Positions 50,973-64,000 are shown, counted from the first letter of the stretch. The stretch is DNA of 64,000 bases from Eledone cirrhosa (GCA_964016885.1 OZ024753.1:15810001-15874000); one strand, 5' to 3'. The notes: generated by a model not told the origin, from the sequence alone. Numbers and translations are program-made.

Positions 50973-51222
50973 AGAAGAAGACGAAGAAGAAGAAAAAGGA
51001 GAAGAAAAGAAAAAGAAGAAAAAGAAAAAGAAGAAAAAGGAAAAGAAAAAGGAGAATAAAAGAAAAAGAAGAAGAAGAAGAAGAAGAAGAAGAAAAGAAA
51101 AAGAAGAAGAAGAAAGAGAATAAAAGAAAAAAAAGAAGAAGAAAGAGAATAAAAGAAAAAGAAGAAGAAAGAGAATAAAAGAAGAAGAAGGAGAAGGAGA
51201 AGGAGAAGAAGAAGAAGAAGAT
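50973..51222. repeat. Polypurine (GAA/GAAAAA) tract
   Basis: Direct reading. Confidence 0.95.
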
Positions 51223-51502
51223 AACTTTGCAAAATGTAAAATTATGAGAAAAACATAATACAAATGACAAAGAAGCAATTATGGATATAAATACATATAA
51301 CATATTTTAATAGGAAAAATAGAGAATTAACTGAAAATTGATTTAACAAAGATGTCAATATATGTGGTTGTAGAGTCTACTTGACAGTCCCACTCTGTCA
51401 TACCTTAGTCTTCTACAACAGACTTGGTTTCACATCTAAGTCAGATTGGGTAGATGGTAACTGTGCAAAAAGCCTTAACCCTTTAGCATTCACATTACTC
51501 TA

Positions 51503-51891
51503 TATCATCATCATCACCGTTTTACGTCCGTTCTTCCACGCTAGCATGGGTTAGACAGGTTGTCCTGTTGTGGGCAGTGTCCGGTCGACTAACCTTGTCT
51601 TGCTCATACGGGAACTGATTCTGGCTTAATTTCTACAGCTGGATGCCCTTCCTAACACCAACCTCATTTACAGTGAGTGCTGGGTGCTTTTTTGCCGTGG
51701 CACCTCCATTTTGCAGTGGAATGATAGGGACCCCAGTCCCTATCATCTCATTTCTACAGCTGAGTAAACTGGAGCAAATGTGAAATAAAATATCTTGCTC
51801 TAGGAAACAACACATCACCCGGTCCGAGTATTGAACTCACAACCTTTCGATTGCAAGGCCAATGCTCTAACCACTAAGCCATGTGCCTCCA
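51503..51891 (-). mobile_element. Composite tRNA-CORE SINE, tail type C, inserted next to a MITE end (TTAACCCTTTAGCATTCAC at 51475)
   Basis: As 41152-41575. Confidence 0.87.
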
Positions 51892-51985
51892 TATATATAT
51901 TAAAATTTAGCTTTGGCATAACTGTATACATACATTTTATGTCAATTTCGTATATCTAAAGATATACAGTATTTTTGATAAATAG

Positions 51986-52340
51986 ACATTTAGAAAGCCC
52001 AGCTATGAATATTAAAATGCAGATGGCCAGGGTCATCTAGCAGATCCCAACAGAAGATGAGACGGACAAATGTCTATACACCTTTCAAGCTAATGGCTTC
52101 CTTCTTCCTACTGCTGGCACTTCAAAACAGGTGTGAATATATAGTATTTTCGCCAGTGTAGGTGGGCTGATTAGCCTCATTTACATATGCAGCTGTATAA
52201 GTTGGCTCAACTTATACCACTTTTCCAATGAGAGCCATTAGCTCAAAATTCGCATAGACAGTTGTCCTGCACTGCTTTTGCTGGTATCAATGGCGATAGC
52301 TGTCAGCTTTTCAAAATTCATAGCTGGGCTTTCAAAATGT
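51986..52340. mobile_element. MITE-like element with 25-bp terminal inverted repeats
   Basis: ACATTTAGAAAGCCCAGCTATGAAT / ATTCATAGCTGGGCTTTCAAAATGT (24/25 match). Confidence 0.65.
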
Positions 52341-52349
52341 TAAACATGA

Positions 52350-53516
52350 TATAGATATGTTTGACCAAATCCTTTCTCTGTTAATTTGTGTATAATATTA
52401 CTGGTATAGATATGTTTGACCAAATCCTTTCTCTGTTAATTTGTGTATAATATTACTGGTATAGATATGTTTGACCAATTCCTTTCTCTGTGAATTTGTG
52501 TATAATATTACTGGTATAGATATGTTTGACCAAATCCTTTCTCTGTGAATTTGTGTATAATATTACTGGTATAGATATGTTTGACCACATCCTTTCTGTG
52601 AATTTGTGTATAATATTACTGGTATAGATATGTTTGACCAAATCCTTTCTCTGTGAATTTGTGTATAATATTACTGGTATAGATATGTTTGACCAAATCC
52701 TTTCTCTGTGAATTTGTGTATAATATTACTGGTATAGATATATTTGACCAAATCCTTTCTCTGTGAATTTGTGTATAATATTACTGGTATAGATATGTTT
52801 GACCAAATCATTTCTCTGTGAATTTGTGTATAATATTACTGGTATAGATATGTTTGACCAAATCCTTTCTCTGTTAATTTGTGTATAATATTACTGGTAT
52901 AGATATGTTTGACCAAATCCTTTCTCTGTTAATTTGTGTATAATATTATTGGTATAGATATGTTTGACCACATCCTTTCTCTGTGAATTTGTGTATAATA
53001 TTACTGGTATAGATATGTTTGACCACATCCTTTCTGTGAATTTGTGTATAATATTACTGGTATAGATATGTTTGACCAAATCCTTTCTCTGTGAATTTGT
53101 GTATAATATTACTGGTATAGATATGTTTGACCACATCCTTTCTGTGAATTTGTGTATAATATTACTGGTATAGATATGTTTGACCAAATCCTTTCTCTGT
53201 GAATTTGTGTATAATATTACTGATATAGATATGTTTGACCAAATCCTTTCTCTATGAATTTGTGTATAATATTACTGGTATAGATATGTTTGACCAAATC
53301 CTTTCTCTGTGAATTTGTGTATAATATTACTGGTATAGATATGTTTGACCAAATCCTTTCTCTGTAAATTTGTGTATAATATTACTGGTATAGATATGTT
53401 TGACCAAATCCTTTCTCTGTGAATTTGTGTATAATATTACTGGTATAGATATGTTTGACCAAATCCTTTCTCTGTGAATTTGTGTATAATATTACTGGTA
53501 TAGATATGTTTGACTA
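52350..53516. repeat. 55-bp minisatellite, ~21 copies
   Basis: TATAGATATGTTTGACCAAATCCTTTCTCTGTGAATTTGTGTATAATATTACTGG. Confidence 0.97.
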
Positions 53517-53552
53517 GATCCCTTCTCCATTAACTTGACTATAATCCTACTA

Positions 53553-53710
53553 CAGTGAAATTCCATTATAATGAAATTCACGGGGTATTAAAAAAAAGTT
53601 GTTTATGAAAAATTCTTTATAATGAGATCGACCTAACACATCGTGTTTGTGGCCAGGGATTGAACAAAATTTGTTATACTGAAAAATTCGTTATAACCGA
53701 ATTTTACCTG
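53553..53710. mobile_element. Tc1/pogo(Tigger)-type MITE
   Basis: TA|CAGTGAAATTCCATTATAATGAA...TTCGTTATAACCGAATTTTACCTG|TA. Imperfect TIRs and TA TSD. Confidence 0.7.
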
Positions 53711-53739
53711 TATATCATTTGTACATTGATAGATTACAT

Positions 53740-54185
53740 GGAATTTCTGTCTACCCCTTTTTAACATATTGAACAATGTCACTTTGGTGACAATATCAGC
53801 TTCCTGTCCTCTTTCCTACTTACTAAGACTTTAATTTGTGCTAAGTTTACTTTTAGGCCTTTCAATTCTAGACTATTCTTCCATGTCTAGAATGTTTGGC
53901 CCTAACACTTCCACGATTTCATCTATAATAACTGGATCACCAGCATTCAGGAGTTCCCATGGTGTGTCAGTCTTAAGCTACTCTGTTACGGTCTGGAGAA
54001 TAATGGTAAACAGAAGTGGACTGAGGACTTAGCCTTGGTAGATTTTAACACCATATTTTTCTAGGAGCATATTTTCATTTGAAACTTCATGATCTAAGCT
54101 TGATTCTAATTTCTGATTTCAAAGTCAGTTTAACTAGTAATCCTTCTGAAAATGGCTTGCACTGCTCTCACAAGCAAATCTATGT
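53740..54185 (-). mobile_element. Old RTE RT relic
   Basis: Minus-strand IYQG*VLSPLLFTIILQTVTE*LKTDTPWELLNAGD, matching the family A/B RT. Confidence 0.8.
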
Positions 54186-54381
54186 CTTTCACAACAACAA
54201 CAACCCTTTCACCACCACCATCACTACCACAACAACAACAACAACCCTTTCACCGCCACCACTACCGCCACCACACTGTAGACACAAAAAGAAAGAAAGA
54301 ACATTAATGATGGGGGAACCAATCTGTTTTATTGATATGTGTGGAGGGGTGGAGGGGATAAGGGGCTTCCTATTGGAAGGA

Positions 54382-54583
54382 AACAACAACAGCCACAACA
54401 ACAACAACAGCCACAACAGCCACAACAACCACAACAAACACAACAACAACCACAACACCAACAACAGTCACAACAACAACAACAGCCACAACAACAGCCA
54501 CAACAACAACAACAGTAACAACAACAACAACAACAACAGTAACAACAACAACAACAACAACAACAACAGCCACAACAACAGCC

Positions 54584-54663
<80 letters not shown>
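54382..54663. repeat. (CAA)n microsatellite
   Basis: Direct reading. Confidence 0.97.
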
Positions 54664-54664
<1 letters not shown>

Positions 54665-54948
54665 GGGTACACACAGGGAGGGGAAATGTCTGTCTTACAA
54701 AAGGAAGATGCAAAAAAAAACTGAGTATTTGCGTTAAATCAATTTGGATAAGCCATTTAATCCTATTTATATAAGAAACATCAGGATATTTGTGGTGTAT
54801 TAGAGCTTTAGTTATGATAGTGTTTTGCTTTATTGTTACTTGGAAAACAATCTACATTTCTGCTTAACTTGTTTCGAATTTCATTTTCAAATATTTCTCC
54901 CTCGGCTTACAAGCAGCAAATTAGTGAAATCATTATATATATATATTA

Positions 54949-55136
54949 AGGGCGGTGGATTGGCAGAATCGGTAGAGGGTCGGGTGCCATGCTTTCTAGC
55001 ATAGTTACGTTCCTTTACGGTCTGAGTTCAAATCCCGTGAAGGTTAACTTTGCCTTTCATCCTTACGGGGTCGATAATATAAAGTACCAGTAATACACTG
55101 GGTAATTGCTGGCCTTGTGCCAAAAGTAGAAACAAT

Positions 55137-55138
<2 letters not shown>
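54949..55138 (+). mobile_element. Meta-like SINE, full length
   Basis: GGGCGGTGGATTGGCAGAATCGGTAGAG (A box)...GAGTTCAAATCC (B box)...GTAGAAACAATT. Confidence 0.88.
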
Positions 55139-55232
<94 letters not shown>

Positions 55233-55630
55233 CAATATATTAATAAATGGAAACTATATTTATAAAACCATATTTATTTTATTATATATATTTCAAGGAC
55301 AACTAAAGCAAGTTATAGTGCGCTTTCATCAGATAAAATACAGATTTGTTTTATAAATAAATATTGACATACCCGGAAAAAAAGACAACCTTAACGGTTG
55401 GAGCTTCCTGAAATCTGTATTGTATTTTATCTGATGAAAGCGCACCATAATTTGCCTTGGTTGCCCTTGAAATATGTATAATAAAATAAATATGGTTTTA
55501 TAAATATAGTTTCCATTTATTAATATATTGTGTATTTACTCCACTAACTGTTGAGTACTTTATATCAGTTATAAAAATGTTTAAGCTTGTTGAATCCCAA
55601 CAAATTAAATATAACCTCTACTTATATATA
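55233..55630. mobile_element. Palindromic PLE-like remnant with two hammerheads (55275-55340 minus; 55423-55488 plus)
   Basis: Same family as 35363-36232. Both HHRs keep TATTTTAT/ATAAAATA stem I, CTGATGA and GAAA. Confidence 0.8.
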
Positions 55631-55671
55631 TATGCGTGTTTGTATGTTTGTATGCATGTGTATATGTATGT

Positions 55672-56065
55672 CAGGGCATCGGCGACTAAACTGGCAACCC
55701 CACCCAGTTTGCTTGGTGAGGAGGGTGATAGTTGGACACCCTGCGGGATGAAATACAAGGCCTATCAAAGGACGGAGGAACTTGACAGGGTCAATGGCCA
55801 TCCAAATAGCACTTTTTTTCCACCTGGGAGTGAAAGGCCCCCAGTTGTTGTCACAACACCTTTCTAAGAGAGGGAAACTCTGAAAAAAAAACCTGTGGCT
55901 TCGGAAGTATCCGATGATGTTGACCAGTTCTCCTGTTCAGGTAGAGTTTTAGATACTCAGAGAGTGAGCTTGGTCGAGTGCAAGGCCTTTCTCCACTTAA
56001 AAAACCTTCAAAGCACAGGAATTGCTTGTTTAGGATATGTTACAGGTTCGTGTGGCGGGCCATAG
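55672..56065 (+). mobile_element. Putative RTE-type 5'UTR fragment
   Basis: GC-richer island starting GGGCATCGGCGACTAAACTGGCAACCCCACC after a microsatellite. Family assignment is from recollection only. Confidence 0.35.
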
Positions 56066-56283
56066 CCTAAAAGTGTACCATTTTCTGTAATCTGACAAGC
56101 AAATACAATACTCCTAGCAGAATTTGCAGTCATATTGAGTGTGTATATATATATATATTTATATAAAGATTGGTTGATTTGGGAATGTCAGAAAAGATTT
56201 TTTGAAACATACGTACATACAATCATACTATATACATATATTACATTTATTAACACAATATTTCTATGTACACTTGTTATACC

Positions 56284-57001
56284 TTAACCCTTTAGCATTT
56301 AAACTGGCCATATCCGACCAGAATTCTTTCACCTCTTTCTGTTCAAATCGGCTGTAACTGACTGTTCATACTGACATTAAGGTATTGTTCTCAAAATAAA
56401 TAATATCAAAATTTCATAGGTTCGATATTATGTGAGGTAAATCTTTTACCATGAAAATACAATAGTATATATAGAGTAATGTAAATATTATGTGAGATAT
56501 TATGTGAGGTAAAGCCTTTACCATGAAAATACGATAGTAAATATAGAGTAATGTAAATGTTATGTGAGATATTATGTGAGGTAAAGCCTTTACCATGAAA
56601 ATACAATAGTAAATATAGGAGTAATGTAAATGTTATGCGAGATATTATGTGAGGTAAAGCCTTTACCATGAAAATACAATAGTAAATATAGGAGTAATGT
56701 AAATGTTATGTGAGATATTGTGAGGTAAAGCCTTTAACATGAAAATACAATAGAATATATAGAGTAATGTAAATGTTATGTGAGATATTGTGAGGTAAAG
56801 CTTTTACCATGAAAATACAATAGTAAATATAGAGTAATGTAAATGTTATGTGAGATATTATGTGAGGTAAAGTCTTTACCATGAAAATACAATAGTATAT
56901 ATAGAGTAATGTAAATGTTATGTGAGATATTATGTGAGGTAAAGTCTTTAACATGAAAATACAATAGTATATATAGAGTAATGTAAATGTTAAAAGGTTA
57001 A
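56284..57001 (+). mobile_element. piggyBac-like MITE with internal 72-bp tandem expansion (~8 copies)
   Basis: TTAA|CCCTTTAGCATTTA...TAAATGTTAAAAGG|TTAA. Unexpanded homologues at 40662-41093. Confidence 0.85.
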
Positions 57002-57404
57002 TTGCTATAAATGTGCTATATATTTTGTTCTTATCTCTTATTCCACTATCAGTACTTTGGCTTGTGTCAGACACTGTGATGCTGGGTGGACTATCAATAC
57101 CATTGGTAGGGGTAAAAACTGGCAAAGTCCATTTCAAAGGCCAATAATTCTGGACTTCTGTGTCTTTTCTTTGTATTTTTTTTTTTAAAATAATTTTTTA
57201 ACGTTTCCCCTTGTTTTCATTTGTTGTCTTGTTCTCTCTCTTAATTTTCTTAAGTTTAGCATAAATATATATGCAGGACTAGTGTCCGAAACCTTAAGAC
57301 CCTCTTCCTGCTATTTCAAGCGTTAACCTAATATATTCCTTCCATATACTGTACCGATTGTGTTGTTATTTCTGTTTACCTTTTACATATATATATATGT
57401 AAAA

Positions 57405-57836
57405 GGCTTAGTGGTTAGAGCCTTGAAATTGCAATCGAAAGGTTATGAGTTCAATTCTCGGACCGGGTGATGTGTTGTTTCCTTGAGCAAGACACTTTAT
57501 TTCACATTGCTCCAGTTTACTCAGCTGTAGAAATGAGATGATAGGACTGGGGTTCATATCATTCCACTGCAAAGTGGTTGTGGAGATGCCACGGCAAAAA
57601 AGTATCCAGCCCACACTGTAAAGTGGACGTGTAAGTGTCACGGAAAAAAAGCACCCAGCCCACACTGTAAATGAGGTTTGTGTTAGGAAGGGCATCCAGC
57701 TGTAGAAATCAAGCCTTAGTCAGTTCCCGTATGAGCAAGATATGGTCAGCTGACCGGACACTGCCTACAACAGGACAACCCGTCTAACCCATGCTAGCGT
57801 GGAAGAACGGACGTAAAACGGTGATGATGATGATGA
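57405..57836 (+). mobile_element. Composite tRNA-CORE SINE, tail type C
   Basis: GGCTTAGTGGTTAGAG...GGACGTAAAACGG(TGA)n. Confidence 0.88.
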
Positions 57837-57975
57837 TATATATCCATGTGTGGTTGGCAGCTGACAGAAAAGAGAACTCAATACCGAAGTAGAGTTTAAA
57901 TATTCATTTTATTAAGGCTTAAATAGTGAAACTTATTACTCTGGAGTTTCACTTGTTTTGCACAGGGTCAACTTA

Positions 57976-57976
<1 letters not shown>

Positions 57977-58058
<82 letters not shown>

Positions 58059-58200
58059 TGCATGTGTGTATGTGTATGTGTATGTGTGTGTGTGTGTGCA
58101 TGTGTGTATGTGTATGTGTGTGTGTGTGTGCGTGTGTATGTGTGTGTGTATGTGTGTGTCTGTGTGTGTGTCTGTGTGTGTGTCTGTGTGTGTGTGTGCA

Positions 58201-58235
<35 letters not shown>

Positions 58236-58278
58236 CTGTGTATGTGTGTGTGTGTGTCTGTCTGTGTATATGTGTGTC
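57977..58278. repeat. (TG)n microsatellite
   Basis: Direct reading. Confidence 0.97.
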
Positions 58279-58952
58279 AAATCTATAGTCAAATCTATAA
58301 GTTGATCAAATAACAGCAAGGTGTTCAGATATTTTAATGCGCCAGTATAGCAAGAGTTATTTTATATATAATTAACCCTACAGTTAGTAAGCACCTCTTA
58401 ACCCAATATACACCCCACCCCACGCACCCTACCCCATCCTCCCATTTCCATCCACTGTGTCGATGACACCACAATAAGCACCCACTCCACACTGTCCCAG
58501 TCCACACTGTAAATGTGGTTGGTGTTAGGAAGGTCATCCAGCCGTTAAAAAAAAACCTGCCAGAGACACTTCCGTACAAGCGCGACATGGTTTCCTGACC
58601 ATTCCTGCATCAAATGGAACAAAACCGTCTAACCCATGCCAGTGTGGAAGATGGACATTAAACGATGATGATGCTCCTGACAATTCTTTATAAGGGTATT
58701 GTAAATAATAACCATAGTGAATGAAACATGTGTAGATCAAATAATGTACTAACTGTTCAACTTGGTGATCTATTTTCTTTGTTAATATATACACACAAAT
58801 ATATATATATATACACACAAATATATATATATACACACAAATATATATATACATTTATATTTGTTGAATTTCCCACAAATTAAATATCCCTTCTACTTAT
58901 ATATATATATATAAATTACACAATAATCAAAACTATGTTCAAATCATTTTAT

Positions 58953-58999
58953 TGTTGACAATCGTTTCTTCCAAACTTTCGTTTGGAATCCTCAGAGCA
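58953..58999 (-). ncRNA. Type-I hammerhead motif
   Basis: TGCT-CTGAGGA-TTCCAAAC GAAA GTTTGGAA-GAAA-CGATTG-TC-AACA. Perfect 8-bp stem II with GNRA loop, GUC triplet, one stem I mismatch. Confidence 0.7.
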
Positions 59000-59579
59000 C
59001 TAGCAAAGTTTGGACATATAATTAACTCCCTATTCAACTGAACAATCATATAGATACATGGTTATTAATGTTGTCATCAACTGCTCTGTAAAACATCTGA
59101 TGTATTTACTTTGAGCTATTTTTCTTACTGGTAATAAGGTAGTAATAAATTACTGACCTTTCCTATTTATAGTTGTATATAGTGTATATATAACTATAAA
59201 TAATATTATTATTATATATATATATATATATACATACACACAAATATATATATATATATATACACACAAACACACATATATGCATCAAATTGGCAGAATT
59301 GATTGAGATTCACGAAATGCACCAAAATTTCTTCCAGCTTACTGCACTCTAAGTTCAAATTTTTTCAAGGTCAACATTGCCTTTCATCCCTTTACAGTCA
59401 ATTGGTCAATAAATAAAATACCAGACCAGGTGGGGGTGAGGTGAATTGGTAAAATAGTTCAAGAGTTGGATATAAATGCTTTGTGGTATCTGACCTGGCA
59501 ATATAAGTTTCGAAACAATGAGTATCTGAGGTGAAGTCCTGCTCTCTGCCAAGAGTTGTGACTATCAGATAGGCTAGGA

Positions 59580-60260
59580 GTTGTGACCATCAGATATGCC
59601 AGTTATGACCATCAGATATGCCAGTTATGACCATCAGATATGCCAGTTATGACCATCAGATATGCCAGTTATGACCATCAGATATGCCAGTTATGACCAT
59701 CAGATATGCCAGTTATGACTATCATATGTGCCAGTTATGACGATCAGATGTGCCAGTTATGACCATCAGATGTGCCAGTTATGACCATCATGTGCCAGTT
59801 ATGACCATCATGTGCCAGTTATGACCATCAGATATGCCATTTATGACCATCAGTTGTGACCATCAGATATACCAGTTATGCCAGTTATGACCATCAGATA
59901 TACCAGTTATGACCATCAGTTGTGACCATCAGATATACCAGTTATGACCACCAGTTGTGACCACCAGTTATGACCATCATATATGCCAGTTATGACCATC
60001 ATATGTGCCAGTTATGACCATCAGATGTGCCAGTTATGACCATCAGATGTGCCAGTTATGACCATTAGATATACCAGATATGACCATCAGATATGACCAT
60101 CAGTTATGACAATGAGATATACCAGTTATGACCACCAGTTGTGACCATCAGATATACCAGTTATGACCACCAGTTATAAACACCAGTCGTGACCACCAGT
60201 TATGACCATCAGATATACCAGTTATGACCACCAGTTGTGACCACCACTTATGACCACCAG
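59580..60260. repeat. 22-bp minisatellite with 13-bp sub-units
   Basis: CCAGTTATGACCATCAGATATG. Confidence 0.95.
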
Positions 60261-60460
60261 TAATGTAAAGATCAATGCTATTGTGTTTGCCAATATTTTT
60301 TTATCAATTTTTAAGTTTCTTTTACTTTTGATCTATTTTTGTTTACTATTTTTTATATTATTATCGTCTGACAATCTCCAGAATCACTTTAACTGCTTTC
60401 AAATTACATTTCCAATTATTTCTCTCTATTTGGCCATTTTATCACTTTTAGGCTCTCAAT

Positions 60461-61137
60461 TACTACTACTACCACTACTACCACCACTACTATTACTACT
60501 ACTACTACTTCTACTACCACCACCACCACCACCACCACCACTACTACTACTTCTACCGCCACTACCACTACTACCACCAGTTTTACTACTACTGCTACCA
60601 CCACCACCACTACTACCACCAGTTTTACTACTACTACTACCACCACTACTACTACTACCACCACCGGTTTTACTACTTCTACTACTACCACTACTACTAA
60701 CGCCACCACCACGACTACTACTACTAGTAATAACACCCCCACCCCCACCACCATTTTACTGCTACTACCACCACCACCACCACCACTACTACTACTAACA
60801 CCCCCACCCCCACCACCATTTTACTGCTACTACCACCACCACCACCACCACTACTACTACTAACACCCCCACCCCCACTACTACTTTTACTGCTACTACC
60901 ACCACCACCACTACTACTACTAACACCCCCACCCCCACTACTACTTTTACTGCTACTACTACCACCACCACCACCACCACTACTACTACTAACACCCCCA
61001 CCCCCACTACTACTTTTACTGCTACTACTACCACCACCACCACCACCACTACTACTACTAACACCCCCACCCCCACTACTACTTTTACCGCTACTACTAC
61101 TACCACCACCACCACCACCACTACCACCACCGCCACT
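60461..61137. repeat. (CCA)/(CTA) compound repeat with ~60-70-bp higher-order units
   Basis: Recurring TAACACCCCCACCCCCAC marker. Confidence 0.93.
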
Positions 61138-61151
61138 ATTAATATTACCAC

Positions 61152-61330
61152 CCCCGTAAGGATGAAAGGCAAAGTTAACCTTGGCGGGATCTGAGTTCAC
61201 ATCCCACCGAGGTTAACTTTGCCTTTCATCCTTACAGGGTCGATAAAATAAAGTACCAGTAATACACTGAGGTAATTGCTGGCCTTGTGCCTAAAGTAGA
61301 AACAATTATTATTATTATTATTATTATTAT
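61152..61330 (+). mobile_element. Meta-like SINE with 5' fold-back and (TTA)n tail
   Basis: 61152-61190 is the reverse complement of 61201-61239. Confidence 0.8.
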
Positions 61331-61508
61331 TGTTTTTTTTTCTTTATACATCGATTGCTCAATTCTTTCACTTATTGCGACAATCGATTGAACAGGGTTC
61401 AATCATTTCCCACGGATATTGATCTCTTACTTTTCAATTATTTTTCTTAAGCTTTCGATTTCTTCTCACTTATTCCTAGAATTTTACTTTTGACTTTTTT
61501 CTGATCTT

Positions 61509-61573
<65 letters not shown>

Positions 61574-61580
61574 ATATATA

Positions 61581-61613
<33 letters not shown>

Positions 61614-61666
61614 GTGTATGTATATATATATATATATGTGTGTATATATATATATAGTATATATAT

Positions 61667-61701
<35 letters not shown>

Positions 61702-61715
61702 CATAAATATATGTA

Positions 61716-61746
<31 letters not shown>

Positions 61747-61748
<2 letters not shown>

Positions 61749-64000
61749 GAAGACGTCGCATCTCAGAGTTGCAACACTTAATGTTGGCACTCTCAGAGGT
61801 AGATCTGCTGAAATAGTGGAGATGCTGGAGAGAAAGCAGGTGGAGGTGTGCTGCGTGCAAGAGGTGAGATGGAGAGGTGCCTCTGCAAGACTAGTCGTAG
61901 GCAAACGTCTTAGCTATAAGCTATTCTGGGTAGGTAAGGATGATGGGTTAGGGGGAGTAGGCATTTTCCAGGCTGAGAAATGGATCAATAAGACAATAGA
62001 GGTAGTTCGAGTTAGTAATCGTATAATTAAGCTTAGATTAGTTGTAGGCAGGAGACTACTGACAATCATCTCGGCTTATGCTCCCCAAGCAGGCCTAGGC
62101 AAAGATGAGAAAGACCGCTTTTATGAGCAACTTTTCCAAACAACCGCAATGACAGAAGATGGAGACATCGTTATGCTAGCAGGAGACTTCAATGGTCATG
62201 TTGGACAGCTCCAGAATGGTTACACAGGGTACATGGTGGGCACGGTTATGGTTCAAGAAATGAAGAAGGAGTGAGACTTCTTGAATTTTGTGATGCAGGT
62301 ACATTGACTATTTGCAACACAAACTTGCAGAAACCTGCCAATCACCTAATAACCTACAAATCTGGTGAGCACATAAGCCAGATTGACTTCTTACTAGTTA
62401 GGCAGTGGGACAGGCAGATAGTGTCTAATACCAAGGCGTACCCTGGGGAAGAATGTACCCCACAGCATAGGTTAGTTGTTAGTGATATCTCAGTAAGCAA
62501 GAGATGGACTGAGACATATAGGAAGGTGTGGAGAAGAAAGGTCTGGAAGATAAAAGACCTTTCACTAAAATACAAATTTAGGAAAGCCCTTCAAGATGTA
62601 TATGACGAAAAAGAAGACGATTTAGAGACGTATGACATAGATAATAACTGGAATTTCTTACGTGACAACTTACTGCAGGCTACTGATGAAACTTGTGGCT
62701 GGAGCAGAGCTCCAACCAGACAGAGAGTGACCTAGTGGTGGAACAGCACAGTAGATAAGGCTATTAGAGACAAAAGACTAGCATGGAAGGCTTGGAAAAA
62801 GGGTGGGAGTAGGGAAGAATATACAGCCACTAAGAGAGAAGCTAGACGTCAGGTGTACTTAGCACGCAGGGAGGCGGAGAGTAGGAGGTTTGCCAATGTT
62901 CTGAGATGGGAAGATCAGAGGGGTGCGGTGTTCCACATTGCAAGGCAGTGTGTCAATGCAAATCAGGATGTTGTTGGAGATAAATGTGTCCGGAATGATG
63001 CCGGTGTACTTAGTGTCACAAATAATCGGAAAAAGGATGCCTGGAAATGTCATTATGAGAGACTGATGAATGTGGAGAACAAATGGGAGAGGGAGAAATT
63101 ACCCCTGGTAGATCCGATAGAGGGACCAGCTATTGAGATTGACGAATATAGGGTCCAAGAGGCGATTAGGGAAATGAAAAATGGTAAGGCTGCCGGACAA
63201 TCGGGAATAGTTGCTGAGATGCTGAAGGCATCAGGGGACGTAGGCACTAAACTGGTTGCACGCATCATCAATCAGGCTATATATGGTGGTGTCATACCCA
63301 AAGACTGGTGCAGCAGTATTCTCATAAATTGCTACAAAGGTAAAGGGGATGCTCTGGAGAGGAGCAATTATAGGGGTATAACACTGATAGATCAGGTTAT
63401 GAAAGTGGCAGAAAGGATTTTAGCACAACTAATTAGAGAAAGAGTAAAACTAGATGAGATGCAGTTTGGTTTTGTGCCTGGGAAGAGTACAACAGATGCC
63501 CTCTTCTTGGTGAGACAATTGCAAGAGAGGTTCTTAGAGAAGAATAAGCCACTATACTTAGCCTTTGTTGACCTAGAGAAGGCCTTTGATAGGGTACCCC
63601 GATCTGTCATCTGGTGGTCCCTAAGGAAGCTAGGTGTTGAGGAATGGCTTGTGAGGACAGTGCAAACTTTGTACAGAGGTACTCTCAGTAAAGTGAGAGT
63701 AGGAATAGAGTTTAGCGAGGAATTCCAGATACAAGTAGGAGTACATCAGGGTTCGGACCTCAGCCCGCTTTTGTTCATTATAGTACTCCAAGCCATAACA
63801 GAGGAGTTTAAGATTGGCTGTCCATGGGAACTTCTCTATGCTGACGATCTGGTTCTTATAGCAGAATCAGTAGAGGAGCTAGAGAATAAATTCTGGCTAT
63901 GGAAACAGCAGTTGGAAGCAAGAGGACTGAGAGTGAACCTAGCTAAGACAAAAGTGTTGATGAGTAGAAAAGAGGACAAAACCCTGATTCCGTCAGGGAA
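61747..64000 (+). mobile_element. RTE LINE family B ORF (APE endonuclease plus RT), near-intact, runs off the window
   Basis: [61 protein letters not shown]. Frameshift ~62228 and TAG at 62733. Confidence 0.96.

Overview
AT-rich, repeat-saturated eukaryotic DNA with no recognisable host-gene exon. The mix of RTE LINEs with (GAT)n tails, tRNA/CORE-type and Meta-like SINEs, R4/Dong LINEs, Helitrons, TTAA-flanked MITEs and long (TA)n tracts resembles an octopus/cephalopod genome (inference, not verified). Most listed ORFs are artefacts of micro- and minisatellites. The real coding remnants are RTE ORF2 pieces (one near-intact copy at 61.7-64 kb), R4/Dong RT/RLE pieces, two Helitron derivatives and a possible Tc1 relic. 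The main hidden signal is non-coding: at least 15 type-I hammerhead ribozyme (HHR) motifs from about 8 sequence families, all folded by eye. Many sit in inverted-repeat arms next to (TA)n, as expected for Penelope-like element or retrozyme remnants. The best candidate is a young 596-bp tandem array (33.65-35.34 kb). Each unit carries an HHR with a U3:A8 core instead of C3:G8 and a branched stem II, and the array has a 5'-inverted arm in exact register, suggesting retrotransposition from a multimeric or circular RNA. Other highlights: a SINE that swapped LINE tails, two Helitrons with complementary coding pieces, several TE-born minisatellites, and a 7.9-kb 41-bp satellite with a ~3.05-kb higher-order duplication. 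Boundaries are approximate (+/- 10-20 bp) unless a motif is quoted.
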